From Puia sp. (GTDB taxonomy: Bacteria > Bacteroidota > Bacteroidia > Chitinophagales > Chitinophagaceae), in NCBI GenBank assembly GCA_041481385.1, contig JBGPBW010000001.1, positions 1,531-65,530 on the forward strand: a stretch of DNA of 64,000 nt, written 5' to 3'. Below are positions 17,837-27,509 of the stretch, piece after piece. A model generated the notes under the pieces. It saw only the letters and a program-made list of their open reading frames with translations, was not told the origin of the DNA and did not search any database. The position numbers and the translations under genes were made by a program. Numbering within the stretch: position 1 is the first letter of the stretch; each line of letters begins with the position of its first letter.

Positions 17837-20701
17837 ATGATATTTTTAGCTTTCTTCCAAAACAAAAAGCGAATGCTGCTTACCGTCCCAAGGCGCTCCC
17901 TGCCTTTTTTTTACTTCATTTCTTTCGGGTTAATTCTGATGATCAGCAATTTACCGCTGAAGGCGCAGCAGGTGGTCACCCAGCACAACGACTTGAAGAG
18001 AACGGGATGGAATTCAGCAGAAAAACAGTTAACCCAGGCCAATGTAAGTGGGGGCAGTTTCGGAAAGATATTTTCCCGGACAGTCGACGATCAGATATAT
18101 TGTCAACCCCTGATCGTTAACCAGGTAAATATAGGGGGTGGCATTCACAATATCGTTATTGTAGCTACAGTTAACAACAGTGTATATGCTTTTGATGCGG
18201 ATGACTCTGCCACAATGAATCCATATTGGCAAAGTAATCTTACCTACAACCCAGGCAATGCAAATTCCTACAGGCCGATCAAGAATTCTGATATGACGGG
18301 TGCCTGCAGCGGCTACTACAACGATTTCAGCGGAAATATGGGTATCGTCGGCACGCCCGTTATTGACACATTGACCGGAACAATTTATGTGGTTTCGCGC
18401 AGTGTAACCCGTGTGGCACCTTATACTTTTGTGCAATACCTGCACGTGCTGGATCTGATCACCGGGGCGGACAAGTTTCCTCCCAAATACATCACGGCTG
18501 TGGTTAACGGTACAGGGGATGGCAGTAATGGGACAACCATTACATTTAACCAGCAAACGCAAAATCAGCGTCCTGCATTATTGCTTTACCAGGGAGTAGT
18601 ATATGTCTCCTGGTCTTCCCATTGTGACTGGTCGCCATATCATGGATGGATCATTGGTTATGATGCAGCGAACCTGACCCAGAAATATGTATATAACGAT
18701 TGCCCTAACGGCGGACTGGCAGGAATCTGGATGAGTGGACAGGCGCCGGCGGTAGACGATGATGGCTACATTTATGTCACAACCGGAAATGGTACGGTGG
18801 GTAGTTCAGGCCAGCCGAATGATACCACAAACAGGGGAGAGAGTTTATTAAAATTATCAACTGCGTCGGGGAAATTAAAAGTCGTTGATTTTTTCACCCC
18901 GGGTGATTACGACTATCTCAATCAGTATGATCTGGATTATGGTGTGGATGGTGTTTTGTTAGTACCCAATACCCATCTCTCACTTTCCGGAAGTAAAGAA
19001 GGTTATTTGTACCTGATTGACAACACGCATATGGGTGGAACCGTTGCCGACAATAGTAATGTGTTGCAAATGCTCGATGTTAACGCACATTACAACGGGG
19101 ATAAACATATCCATGGCTCTCCGGCTTATTTCAAGGACGATAAGAGCAATGAATTTGTATATGCATGGGCGGAAGACGGTTTGCTTAAACAGTTTCCCTT
19201 TCAGCGATCCGCCATGATTTTTGACACCCTTAATAAAATCGTTGGTAATACTTTATTGCCTCAGGGTATGCCCGGGGCCATGCTTTCGGTGTCTTCAAAT
19301 GGCAAAACCCCCGGCACTGGTATTCTTTGGGCATCACATCCGATTAATGGGGATGCCAATCAGGCTGTTGTTCCGGGCATATTGCAGGCTTTCGACGCTA
19401 CCGATGTAAGTCGTGAATTATGGAATACCAATGCAAATGGCAGCCGTGATGCAGTAGGTAAATTTGCCAAATTCGTTCCACCTACCATTGCAAATGGCAA
19501 AGTGTACCTCGCTACTTTTTCCAACAACCTGCTGGTTTATGGCGTCAATGCACCCTCTGCCAACACTTGCCCGAATCCCCTGCCGGCACCCTGGAACAGC
19601 ATGGATATCGGTTACGTATATGCACCCGGGAATGTTTGTTATAACACGGGTACGTACACCATTACTGCATCCGGCGATGATATATGGAATGCTGCAGATG
19701 CGTTTCACAGCATGTTCCAGCCTGTTTCGGGAAACAGTTTGGATATAACGGCCAGAGTGGTTTCTATATCCGGCAACACCGATGCCTGGGCGAAATGCGG
19801 CGTCATGTTCCGGGCAAGCCTGGATCCCGGATCACCCCATGTCTTTATGGCAATCACTCCTGGAAACGGAGCTGCATTTCAGAACAGGCTTGTTATGAAT
19901 GATCTCAGCTACAATACGAGTCAGGGAGGCGTCCAGGCGCCATATTGGGTCAGGCTCACCAGCAACGGAAACTTTTATACGGGTTATATATCTTTTGATG
20001 GGATCTCGTGGAATGTTGTGGATACCCTTACCCTGGCCCTGGGCATTCATCCTTATGTTGGCCTGGCATATACGGCACATAACAACTCAACTTTAGGAAC
20101 TGCGGTGGTCGATCATATTTCCCTGATCGGCAAACAGGATACCCTTTCAATCCAGCTGACTGATTTTACTGGTAAAAATATCAACAACAAATATGCGCAG
20201 CTCAACTGGACTACCGCCAAAGAATTGAATTTTGATCATTTTGTTATTGAACGTAGCACACCAACAACAGATTTCGATTCCATAGGTAGCGTACCGGGAA
20301 AGGGCGATTCACAGGTTTCACTGGACTATGAATTCCAGGACCAGTATCCGGCTGAAGGTGCAAATTATTATCGGTTGAGGATGGTTGATAAACAGGGGCA
20401 CTTTACCTATTCCAATATGGTGCTGTTGAATTTCAGCCTGGCCGTTATCAAACTTTATCCAAACCCAGCCAGGCACAGCGTGTACCTCGAGAATAATCCG
20501 AATTTTACTAACGATCAACCCATCCTGATTGAGCTCATTGATCCTCTTGGTCACCAGCTTTCCTCCGGAACGTATCCTACTGCCGGTTTAACCAGGGTCC
20601 TGGTTCAGATTCCACCCAATATTGTTACCGGCACCTATTTCTTAATTGCTGTAAATTCGACGGGTAAAAAACAGGCATGGAAAATCCAGGTCAGAAATTA
20701 G
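17837..20701 (+). CDS. T9SS-secreted multidomain protein: PQQ-like beta-propeller, ConA-like beta-sandwich and T9SS CTD
   Basis: N-terminus VTQHNDLKRTG...VDDQIYCQPL resembles an uncharacterised family often labelled pyrrolo-quinoline quinone. It also has a WAKCGVMFR lectin-like domain and a LYPNPA...GTYFL CTD. Confidence 0.78.
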   Translation: MIFLAFFQNKKRMLLTVPRRSLPFFYFISFGLILMISNLPLKAQQVVTQHNDLKRTGWNSAEKQLTQANVSGGSFGKIFSRTVDDQIYCQPLIVNQVNIGGGIHNIVIVATVNNSVYAFDADDSATMNPYWQSNLTYNPGNANSYRPIKNSDMTGACSGYYNDFSGNMGIVGTPVIDTLTGTIYVVSRSVTRVAPYTFVQYLHVLDLITGADKFPPKYITAVVNGTGDGSNGTTITFNQQTQNQRPALLLYQGVVYVSWSSHCDWSPYHGWIIGYDAANLTQKYVYNDCPNGGLAGIWMSGQAPAVDDDGYIYVTTGNGTVGSSGQPNDTTNRGESLLKLSTASGKLKVVDFFTPGDYDYLNQYDLDYGVDGVLLVPNTHLSLSGSKEGYLYLIDNTHMGGTVADNSNVLQMLDVNAHYNGDKHIHGSPAYFKDDKSNEFVYAWAEDGLLKQFPFQRSAMIFDTLNKIVGNTLLPQGMPGAMLSVSSNGKTPGTGILWASHPINGDANQAVVPGILQAFDATDVSRELWNTNANGSRDAVGKFAKFVPPTIANGKVYLATFSNNLLVYGVNAPSANTCPNPLPAPWNSMDIGYVYAPGNVCYNTGTYTITASGDDIWNAADAFHSMFQPVSGNSLDITARVVSISGNTDAWAKCGVMFRASLDPGSPHVFMAITPGNGAAFQNRLVMNDLSYNTSQGGVQAPYWVRLTSNGNFYTGYISFDGISWNVVDTLTLALGIHPYVGLAYTAHNNSTLGTAVVDHISLIGKQDTLSIQLTDFTGKNINNKYAQLNWTTAKELNFDHFVIERSTPTTDFDSIGSVPGKGDSQVSLDYEFQDQYPAEGANYYRLRMVDKQGHFTYSNMVLLNFSLAVIKLYPNPARHSVYLENNPNFTNDQPILIELIDPLGHQLSSGTYPTAGLTRVLVQIPPNIVTGTYFLIAVNSTGKKQAWKIQVRN

Positions 20702-20704
20702 TAC

Positions 20705-21688
20705 TTGAAAATCACTTTTAAATTCATGGCCCATTTCATTTTATACAGATGCAGAACCTGGCTGTTTTACCTGGTATTCATGGTTACCGGTTCCGCATCG
20801 TTTGCCCAAAGAATAATAGAAATAAAGTATGAAGCGGATGCTAATGGAGCAACTGTTTTTTCCTGTATTAATTATGCATATTGTAATTATATCCTCGATC
20901 TCGGATTTACTACCCTCAAAAATCTCCAATGTGATCGGACACTGCCTTTTCACGGAGAAGTGAAACCGGGATATACCAAACTTTTCGCGATTTCTGCTAT
21001 TGATCCGCAACTGCCCACCCAGTTTAACTACAGCGCCAAAAACCAGAAGGGCTGTATGCGTCCGGTAGTGAATGCAGATTTCACCTACCTGCTACCCATA
21101 TCGCCGGGAACGCAAGCACAGAGCTATGAAATGTCGCCTGACAAATTACCGGATACGACTAAAAGCAAAACCGTTAATAGTTCAACGGATAAAAGCAGGG
21201 ACTCGGTTTCCTGGTATGTGCTCCGGTTGAAAATGAAATCGGGCGATACCATATTTGCAGCAAGAAAAGGCGTTGTAACCGAAATCCATGATCAGAATGG
21301 CGCGAATGACGCAGGACAAATCAATGTGAGCACCGAGAATTATGTCGAGATCGTACAGGCAGATTGTTCATTTGCCCGTTATGGAATTCTGAAAAAAAAC
21401 AGTGCATTGGTCAAGCCGGGACAAGTCGTAAAGGCTGGACAGCCCATCGGACTTGTTGGCGGGGATTCATTCGGCCGCGGGTCAGATCTCCGGTTTAGTG
21501 TATATTATTATCAGGAAGAAATCAATGCCTCCCAAACGGGTGGCCGTCACTATATCATACCACAGATCTGGACAAAGAAAAATGGTAAAGGCCGTCTTAA
21601 ACACGGTGTCGTATATACCAGCGAGTTTCCGGCTTCCGTACTGAATCAGGAAAATACTGTACCAAAAAAAGTAAAACCTAAAAAATAA
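20705..21688 (+). CDS. M23/LytM-fold protein with degenerate active site
   Basis: GDTIFAARKGVV and VKPGQVVKAGQPIGLVG are M23-like, but the Zn-ligand histidines are absent. Start uncertain. Confidence 0.75.
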   Translation: MKITFKFMAHFILYRCRTWLFYLVFMVTGSASFAQRIIEIKYEADANGATVFSCINYAYCNYILDLGFTTLKNLQCDRTLPFHGEVKPGYTKLFAISAIDPQLPTQFNYSAKNQKGCMRPVVNADFTYLLPISPGTQAQSYEMSPDKLPDTTKSKTVNSSTDKSRDSVSWYVLRLKMKSGDTIFAARKGVVTEIHDQNGANDAGQINVSTENYVEIVQADCSFARYGILKKNSALVKPGQVVKAGQPIGLVGGDSFGRGSDLRFSVYYYQEEINASQTGGRHYIIPQIWTKKNGKGRLKHGVVYTSEFPASVLNQENTVPKKVKPKK

Positions 21689-21700
21689 AAAAGGCTTTAT

Positions 21701-21742
21701 CCGTCAACGGTCAACGGTCAACCGTCATCCGTCAACCATCAT
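21701..21742. repeat. Heptamer tandem repeat, CCGTCAA/CGGTCAA family (6 units)
   Basis: ccgtcaa cggtcaa cggtcaa ccgtcat ccgtcaa ccatcat, between convergent genes and overlapping a stop codon. Confidence 0.85.
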
Positions 21743-22569
21743 TTCACTTCACTCAACTGATAAGCCACGATCCGGCGGTCAAAAAAAGTGGGCACATACA
21801 CGATCTTTTTTGCAGGGTCGTACCCGATATCCGCGGTATTCTTTTTTTGTTCATGGGTATCCAGCAATAATTCAGTCTTTCCATCGGCATAGACATAAAA
21901 AATATAACCACTCCAGGAAGTGACGAGAAAATCTCCATTACCAATGGGTTCAATACCATCAATGGCCTGACCTACATCCGCCAGCCGGGTAATATTTTTT
22001 TTATCATCAGCCTTCATGAGCGCAGATCCTTTGGCAAAATAGAGTTCGTCTTTTACGCATTTCAGTCCGTTGGCCCCTGTAATATTTTCCAAATACAGGA
22101 CAGGTTTGTCATCATCGATTTTCCAAACCCTGCTGGTTTTTGAATCGGAAACATATACTGTTCCCCTGTCGGAAACGGTGATATCGTTGAGCCCGGTAGC
22201 CCCTTCCACAGGTATTTTCTTAAGAAGTTTACCATTAGGGATATTTACTACGATCACATCTGAAATGTCAGCGGCGTACATCCTGTCTTTGTACATACCC
22301 AGGCCCTTAGGAGCATTCAGTCCGGTTATCCAGTTTGAATCGTAATCAGTTCCCTTATTGCTCATATGGCCAATACCGCCCTTGCCATCTGCATCCCAGG
22401 GCCCGCCGTCGATCAGCGAAACATAAAGCAGATTGTTTTTAGGATCGGGTAAAACCGATTCCGGCGTTGCCACAACGGCATCGGTCGACCATATCTGGAC
22501 CAGTTTATGTTTTTGCGCATGAGTGATCAGGAAGGAGGAAAACAAAAAACAACCGATTATCTTTTTCAT
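21739..22569 (-). CDS. Exported SMP-30/gluconolactonase/LRE-like beta-propeller protein
   Basis: Signal peptide; PESV, LNAPKG, LNDI, ANGL, DGIE and ADIG blade motifs. Confidence 0.75.
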   Translation of the reverse strand: MKKIIGCFLFSSFLITHAQKHKLVQIWSTDAVVATPESVLPDPKNNLLYVSLIDGGPWDADGKGGIGHMSNKGTDYDSNWITGLNAPKGLGMYKDRMYAADISDVIVVNIPNGKLLKKIPVEGATGLNDITVSDRGTVYVSDSKTSRVWKIDDDKPVLYLENITGANGLKCVKDELYFAKGSALMKADDKKNITRLADVGQAIDGIEPIGNGDFLVTSWSGYIFYVYADGKTELLLDTHEQKKNTADIGYDPAKKIVYVPTFFDRRIVAYQLSEVK

Positions 22570-22673
22570 ATAGTTGGTTTTGAATGGATAATAAAATTAT
22601 TATTCTTTGGCTGTCCGGTGAATTTTTATTTGACAAAAATGGAAGTTTTCGTAAATTCAATAAATTGCCAGCC

Positions 22674-23555
22674 ATGTCAAATCAGAAAACGTTTACGAAG
22701 ACCGAGATAGCACCCCTGGCCAGCCTGGATGAATGGGAAGAAGACGTCTTGAAAAGATATCCTGAACAAGAACCCGTCTCCAAGGCAAAAGAAGCATACC
22801 GGAACTACGAAGAGCCTGCCCGCGACACCGTTCGTGAATTCTACAGGTTGAACCATACATACCAGACCAATGAATTCGTACAATCTAAAAGACATGAGTT
22901 TCTGCAATTCAGCAAAAAGGAAATGCCCGTTTGGGACGCATTCCAATTCCTGAATCAACTGGTAGACGATTCAGATCCGGATACTGACCTGGATCAGTTT
23001 CAACACCTGCTGCAGACGGCTGAAGCGATCCGGGCAGACGGCCATCCGGACTGGATGGTACTTGTCGGCCTGATGCATGATATGGGAAAAGTGCTCTGCC
23101 TGTTTGGAGAACCCCAGTGGGCCGTGGTCGGAGATACCTTCCCGGTTGGCTGCGCACATTCTGATAAGATTGTTTACCCGGAATTCTTTGCCTATAACCC
23201 GGATAGTACAAATCCTGCACTGAATTCAATACTTGGCGTGTACACACAAAATTGTGGATTGCGAAATGTAAACATGTCCTGGGGTCATGATGAATACGTG
23301 TACCAGATGATGAAGAACTCATTGCCTGAACCCGGCTTATATATGCTTCGTTATCATTCCTTTTATGCCTGGCACCGGGAAGGGGCTTATGAATACCTGC
23401 TCGACGATCATGACCGGGAAATGCTCAAATGGGTAAAATTGTTTAACCCCTATGATCTCTATTCAAAAAATCCGGTGGTGCCGGACTGGAACAAAATCAA
23501 GCCCTATTACGAAGCACTTGTGAATAAATACCTTCCTTCTACCCTTAAATTTTAA
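22674..23555 (+). CDS. miox: myo-Inositol oxygenase (MIOX family, diiron HD-like)
   Basis: DDSDPD, QHLLQTAE, HDMGK, VVGDTFPVGC, SWGHDEY, RYHSFY and DLYSK, which carry the MIOX diiron ligands. Likely start ATG 22674. Confidence 0.93.
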   Translation: MSNQKTFTKTEIAPLASLDEWEEDVLKRYPEQEPVSKAKEAYRNYEEPARDTVREFYRLNHTYQTNEFVQSKRHEFLQFSKKEMPVWDAFQFLNQLVDDSDPDTDLDQFQHLLQTAEAIRADGHPDWMVLVGLMHDMGKVLCLFGEPQWAVVGDTFPVGCAHSDKIVYPEFFAYNPDSTNPALNSILGVYTQNCGLRNVNMSWGHDEYVYQMMKNSLPEPGLYMLRYHSFYAWHREGAYEYLLDDHDREMLKWVKLFNPYDLYSKNPVVPDWNKIKPYYEALVNKYLPSTLKF

Positions 23556-23590
23556 TCTGCTCACCGAAAAGAAACCGGAGAACCATCCCC

Positions 23591-25219
23591 GTGCATACAT
23601 TACAGCGAGCGGACTACATTGTTTTTTTTGTCTATTTTATAGTTGTATCTGCATACGGTTACTATGTATATCATAAGAAAAAATCGACCGTTTCGGATTC
23701 AAAGGATTTTTTCCTCGCGGAAGGCTCACTAACCTGGTGGGCCATTGGCGCTTCACTGATCGCTTCCAATATTTCCGCAGAACATTTTATCGGTATGTCG
23801 GGTTCCGGTTATGCCCTGGGCCTCGCCATATCAACTTACGAATGGATGTCCGCAGCCACCCTGATAATTGTAGCAGTATTTATACTGCCTATCTATCTGC
23901 GGAATAAAATTGTTACCATGCCCCAGTTCCTGACACGGCGTTATAGTGAACTGGTTGGAACCGTGATGGCTGTTATTTGGCTGCTTGCCTATGTTTTTGT
24001 GAACCTTACATCAATCATTTACCTGGGTGCCCTCGCTATTACTTCCATCTCAGATATTTCTTTTGGTTGGAGTGTAGCCGGACTCGCCATATTCGCCGTT
24101 ATTGTAACCCTTGGCGGCATGAAAGTGATCGGGTATACAGATGTTATTCAGGTGCTGGTGCTGATCGTCGGTGGACTGGTTACGACTTATCTGGCACTCA
24201 CATTACTTTCTGAACATTTTGGATTCGGAACCAATTTGCTGAAGGGATTGTCCATCCTGCGAAAGGAAGCCCCGGAACATTTTCATATGATCTTCCACAA
24301 AGGCGATCCGTACTATAAGGATCTTCCGGGTACCTCTGTTATTGTCGGCGGCATGTTGATTAATAATCTGGCATACTGGGGATGCAATCAATATATTATT
24401 CAACGGGCGCTCGGTGCCAACCTGAAGACTGCTCGTAACGGGATTCTTTTCGCTGGATTTTTGAAGCTGATCGTACCGGTAATCGTTGTACTTCCCGGCA
24501 TAACCATGTTTGTTCTGCACAAAAACGGAATGTTTCAGCATGAAATGATGTCGGATGGGATTATAAAACCAGATCATGCTTATCCCACATTGATGAACCT
24601 GTTACCGCCCGGGCTCAAAGGTGTTGCTTTTGCTGCACTTACGGCGGCCGTTGTTGCCTCTCTTGCAGGAAAGGCAAATAGCATATCAACAATCTTTTCT
24701 CTTGACATATATAAAAAATTTTTCAATAAAAATGCAACGGAAAAACAGCTGGTCGGTATCGGGAAATGGGTGGTAATTCTGGCCATGGGCATTGCTGCCC
24801 TGATTGCGCCGTCATTAAAAACCCTGGATCAGGCGTATCAGTTTATCCAGGAATATGTAGGATTCATTCAGCCGGGTGTCTTGGCAATATTCCTGCTCGG
24901 ATTTTTCTGGAAGCGTACTACAGCAGCCGCAGCATTGACCGGAACGCTGCTGACGATCCCTGTTTCAGCAATCCTTAAATTTCTTCCAGTATGGACCAAC
25001 GGTGCTTTTCCGGATTTTCCGTTCCTCGACCGCATGTCCATCACTTTTCTTATCATAGTGGCCATGATGATCGGGGTGAGCTTATCCAAACCATCTGCCG
25101 ATCAGGCTTCACACACTATCGTTGTAAATAAAAAAGATTTTATCGTGTCACCTTCATTTATTCTGGGATCGGTGATAATTGTCGGCATCCTCGCCGGGTT
25201 GTACACGGTTTTCTGGTAA
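23591..25219 (+). CDS. Sodium:solute symporter (SSS/SGLT-like), probable myo-inositol transporter
   Basis: SLIASNISAEHFIGMSGSG and YWGCNQYIIQRALGA with many TM helices; 35 bp downstream of miox on the same strand. Confidence 0.9.
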   Translation: MHTLQRADYIVFFVYFIVVSAYGYYVYHKKKSTVSDSKDFFLAEGSLTWWAIGASLIASNISAEHFIGMSGSGYALGLAISTYEWMSAATLIIVAVFILPIYLRNKIVTMPQFLTRRYSELVGTVMAVIWLLAYVFVNLTSIIYLGALAITSISDISFGWSVAGLAIFAVIVTLGGMKVIGYTDVIQVLVLIVGGLVTTYLALTLLSEHFGFGTNLLKGLSILRKEAPEHFHMIFHKGDPYYKDLPGTSVIVGGMLINNLAYWGCNQYIIQRALGANLKTARNGILFAGFLKLIVPVIVVLPGITMFVLHKNGMFQHEMMSDGIIKPDHAYPTLMNLLPPGLKGVAFAALTAAVVASLAGKANSISTIFSLDIYKKFFNKNATEKQLVGIGKWVVILAMGIAALIAPSLKTLDQAYQFIQEYVGFIQPGVLAIFLLGFFWKRTTAAAALTGTLLTIPVSAILKFLPVWTNGAFPDFPFLDRMSITFLIIVAMMIGVSLSKPSADQASHTIVVNKKDFIVSPSFILGSVIIVGILAGLYTVFW

Positions 25220-25237
25220 CTGTTAATTGTCAGTTAG

Positions 25238-26383
25238 TTAATAGTATCGCCCTATGTACTGATCCTCTACAATGGCTTTTTTTAATTCTGCCGGATCTAT
25301 TGCGCCTTCCCTGGCAAATACAATTTTTCCACCCGGTTCCACCAGCAGGGTATAAGGCAGAGCACCAGGCCATTTCGGATCGATGGCTTCTATGAGTTTG
25401 TATTTATTGTCCCCACTGAAAATATAATTTTTAGACGAAGCCTCCTGTTTTTGCAGGAATTGCAGGGCTTTGTTTTGTTTAGCTGGCTCATCGGCACTGA
25501 TGCTGATGAATTCGAAATCCCGTTTGCGGTACATGCGGTTCATCGTAATGAATTCAGGGAACTCCACGACACACGGACCGCACCAGGTAGCCCAGACGTT
25601 GATCAGGCGTAGTTTATCTGAATGATTTTGCACGAGGTTTTGTATACCCGCTTCACCAATCGTATCCAAAGTTACCGGTTCATTGGCCCAGGTTATTTTT
25701 GCCTTATCGATCCATTGGCTCTTTTCGGCCCACTTGATGCTGCAACCGAACACTTTGGTTGTGGGTACTGAAACGGGTTGACCGGCCAACAATTCGTCGA
25801 TTGCTTTTCTTGCATTTTGTTCGGTGGGTGTTTTCGTTGGTTTTTCCATATCATCGATTCTGCCACTGTAACGTAGGATTCGGTTCTTATCAAAAATATA
25901 AACATGAGGCGTTGCTATGGGGCCGTAGGCCAGCGACACTTTTTCATTTTCCCCATCGTAGAGATATGGGAAATTGAATTTTTTTTCTTTGGCCCTGAGT
26001 TTCATTTCTTCAAAGGAATCACCCATGTCCGTATATCCCAGTTCGTCCAGGTTTATCGAAGCCGGGTCGTTGGGCATAATGGCTACTACTGCTACGTTTT
26101 TGGGACTGTAATCGCTGGTTAACCGGATAATCCGGTCTTCATAAGCCTGGGCTGTGGGGCAGTGGTTGCATGTAAATACAATGACCAAAACCTCGGCTTT
26201 GCTGAATGAGGCAAGTGAATAGGTTTTGCCATCAGTCGCGGGCAGGGAAAATGGCGGTGCAGGAGAACCAATGGGCAAGCTGGGGTGATCACCGGCGGAT
26301 CTCCTTGAGGCGTAATTCAATCGATCAGTTCCCATCGCAGAAAATAGTACCAGGTTCAAAACAAGAAACAGACAGGCTTTCAT
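25238..26383 (-). CDS. Exported tandem thioredoxin-fold (AhpC/TSA plus TlpA-like) protein
   Basis: Signal peptide, first domain FTCNHCP, second domain NVWATWCGPC. Confidence 0.88.
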   Translation of the reverse strand: MKACLFLVLNLVLFSAMGTDRLNYASRRSAGDHPSLPIGSPAPPFSLPATDGKTYSLASFSKAEVLVIVFTCNHCPTAQAYEDRIIRLTSDYSPKNVAVVAIMPNDPASINLDELGYTDMGDSFEEMKLRAKEKKFNFPYLYDGENEKVSLAYGPIATPHVYIFDKNRILRYSGRIDDMEKPTKTPTEQNARKAIDELLAGQPVSVPTTKVFGCSIKWAEKSQWIDKAKITWANEPVTLDTIGEAGIQNLVQNHSDKLRLINVWATWCGPCVVEFPEFITMNRMYRKRDFEFISISADEPAKQNKALQFLQKQEASSKNYIFSGDNKYKLIEAIDPKWPGALPYTLLVEPGGKIVFAREGAIDPAELKKAIVEDQYIGRYY

Positions 26384-26475
26384 TATTAAATAATTTGATT
26401 TTCAATATGACTTAGTGATCAAAAGGTAATATTTTTTGGAAAAACGGGATGCCTATACCGAAATTTTAGTCAGTT

Positions 26476-26546
26476 TGTAGTAGTGATGACGTAGCCGCGT
26501 CCCGAAAAGGAAATCTATTTGTTCTCCTGATGTAGTACAGAAGTAG
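26476..26546 (+). promoter_or_regulatory. Operator array 1: two TGATGTAG-N3-TGATGTAG-type pairs, 52 bp apart
   Basis: TGTAGTAG-tga-TGACGTAG at 26476 and TGATGTAG-tac-AGAAGTAG at 26528; -7-like TACATTTA at 26577. Confidence 0.75.
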
Positions 26547-26621
26547 TTTAAAAAATGAAAATTGTTTTAAAGATCCTACATTTATAAAGCAAAAAACGAT
26601 TGCTCAGTTTAAATTCATTTT

Positions 26622-27509
26622 ATGACTTCACGTAGAGTTTTTATACAGTCAGCCTCTGCTCTGACAGCCGCAGTTTTTGTAAAAGGTCCTCTGCAGGTTT
26701 TGAGTGCCTCCCCGGTTATCGGCCTTCAATTATACACCGTTCGGGATGCTATGTCCAAGGATCCGATGGGAACACTGGCTAAAGTGGCCCAGATCGGTTA
26801 TAATTCAATTGAAAATGCAACCTATACCGGATCGGAAAAATTTTATGGCATGGATGCGGCGACGTACAAAAAAGTGCTGGCTGAAAATGGTTTAGTTGCC
26901 AACAGTGGTCATTACAGGCTGGGAGAAGAAATGGAGAAGGGCGCTCCGGTGCAGGGAACCATTTTGCACGACTGGCAGAAAGCAGTTGACGACGCGTCAA
27001 CCGTTGGATTAAAATACATGGTATGTGCGTATTTGTCAGGCCAGGAACGTGGCGACCTGGATCACTATAAAAAGCTGGCTGAAATATTTAATAAAGCGGC
27101 AGAGACCTGCAAAAAATCGGGAATCCAGTTCTGTTATCATAACCACGACTTTGAATTTCAAAATCAGGATGGCGTATTCCCCTACGACATACTGCTGGAA
27201 AAAACAGACAAGGATCTGGTGAAAATGGAAGTTGACCTGTACTGGATCAAAAAAGCTGGTCAGGATCCGTTGGCCCTGTTTCAGAAACATCCCGGAAGAT
27301 TTCCACTCTGGCATGTAAAAGACATGTCCAAGGAAGCGGATCAGAGTTTTGCAGAAGTCGGTAGCGGTATCATCGATTTTAAAACCATCTTCCAGCATAA
27401 GGACCAGGCAGGCATGAAGTTCTTTTTCGTCGAACAGGATAAATGCCCGGGCTCACCATTCGACAGCATTACGCATAGTTACAATTTTATTAAGACCAAT
27501 TTGGTTTAA
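26622..27509 (+). CDS. Tat-exported sugar phosphate isomerase/epimerase (AP_endonuc_2, xylose-isomerase-like TIM barrel), paralog 1
   Basis: SRRVF Tat motif; YHNHDFEF, MEVDLYW, WHVKD and FVEQD metal-site motifs. Confidence 0.9.
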   Translation: MTSRRVFIQSASALTAAVFVKGPLQVLSASPVIGLQLYTVRDAMSKDPMGTLAKVAQIGYNSIENATYTGSEKFYGMDAATYKKVLAENGLVANSGHYRLGEEMEKGAPVQGTILHDWQKAVDDASTVGLKYMVCAYLSGQERGDLDHYKKLAEIFNKAAETCKKSGIQFCYHNHDFEFQNQDGVFPYDILLEKTDKDLVKMEVDLYWIKKAGQDPLALFQKHPGRFPLWHVKDMSKEADQSFAEVGSGIIDFKTIFQHKDQAGMKFFFVEQDKCPGSPFDSITHSYNFIKTNLV

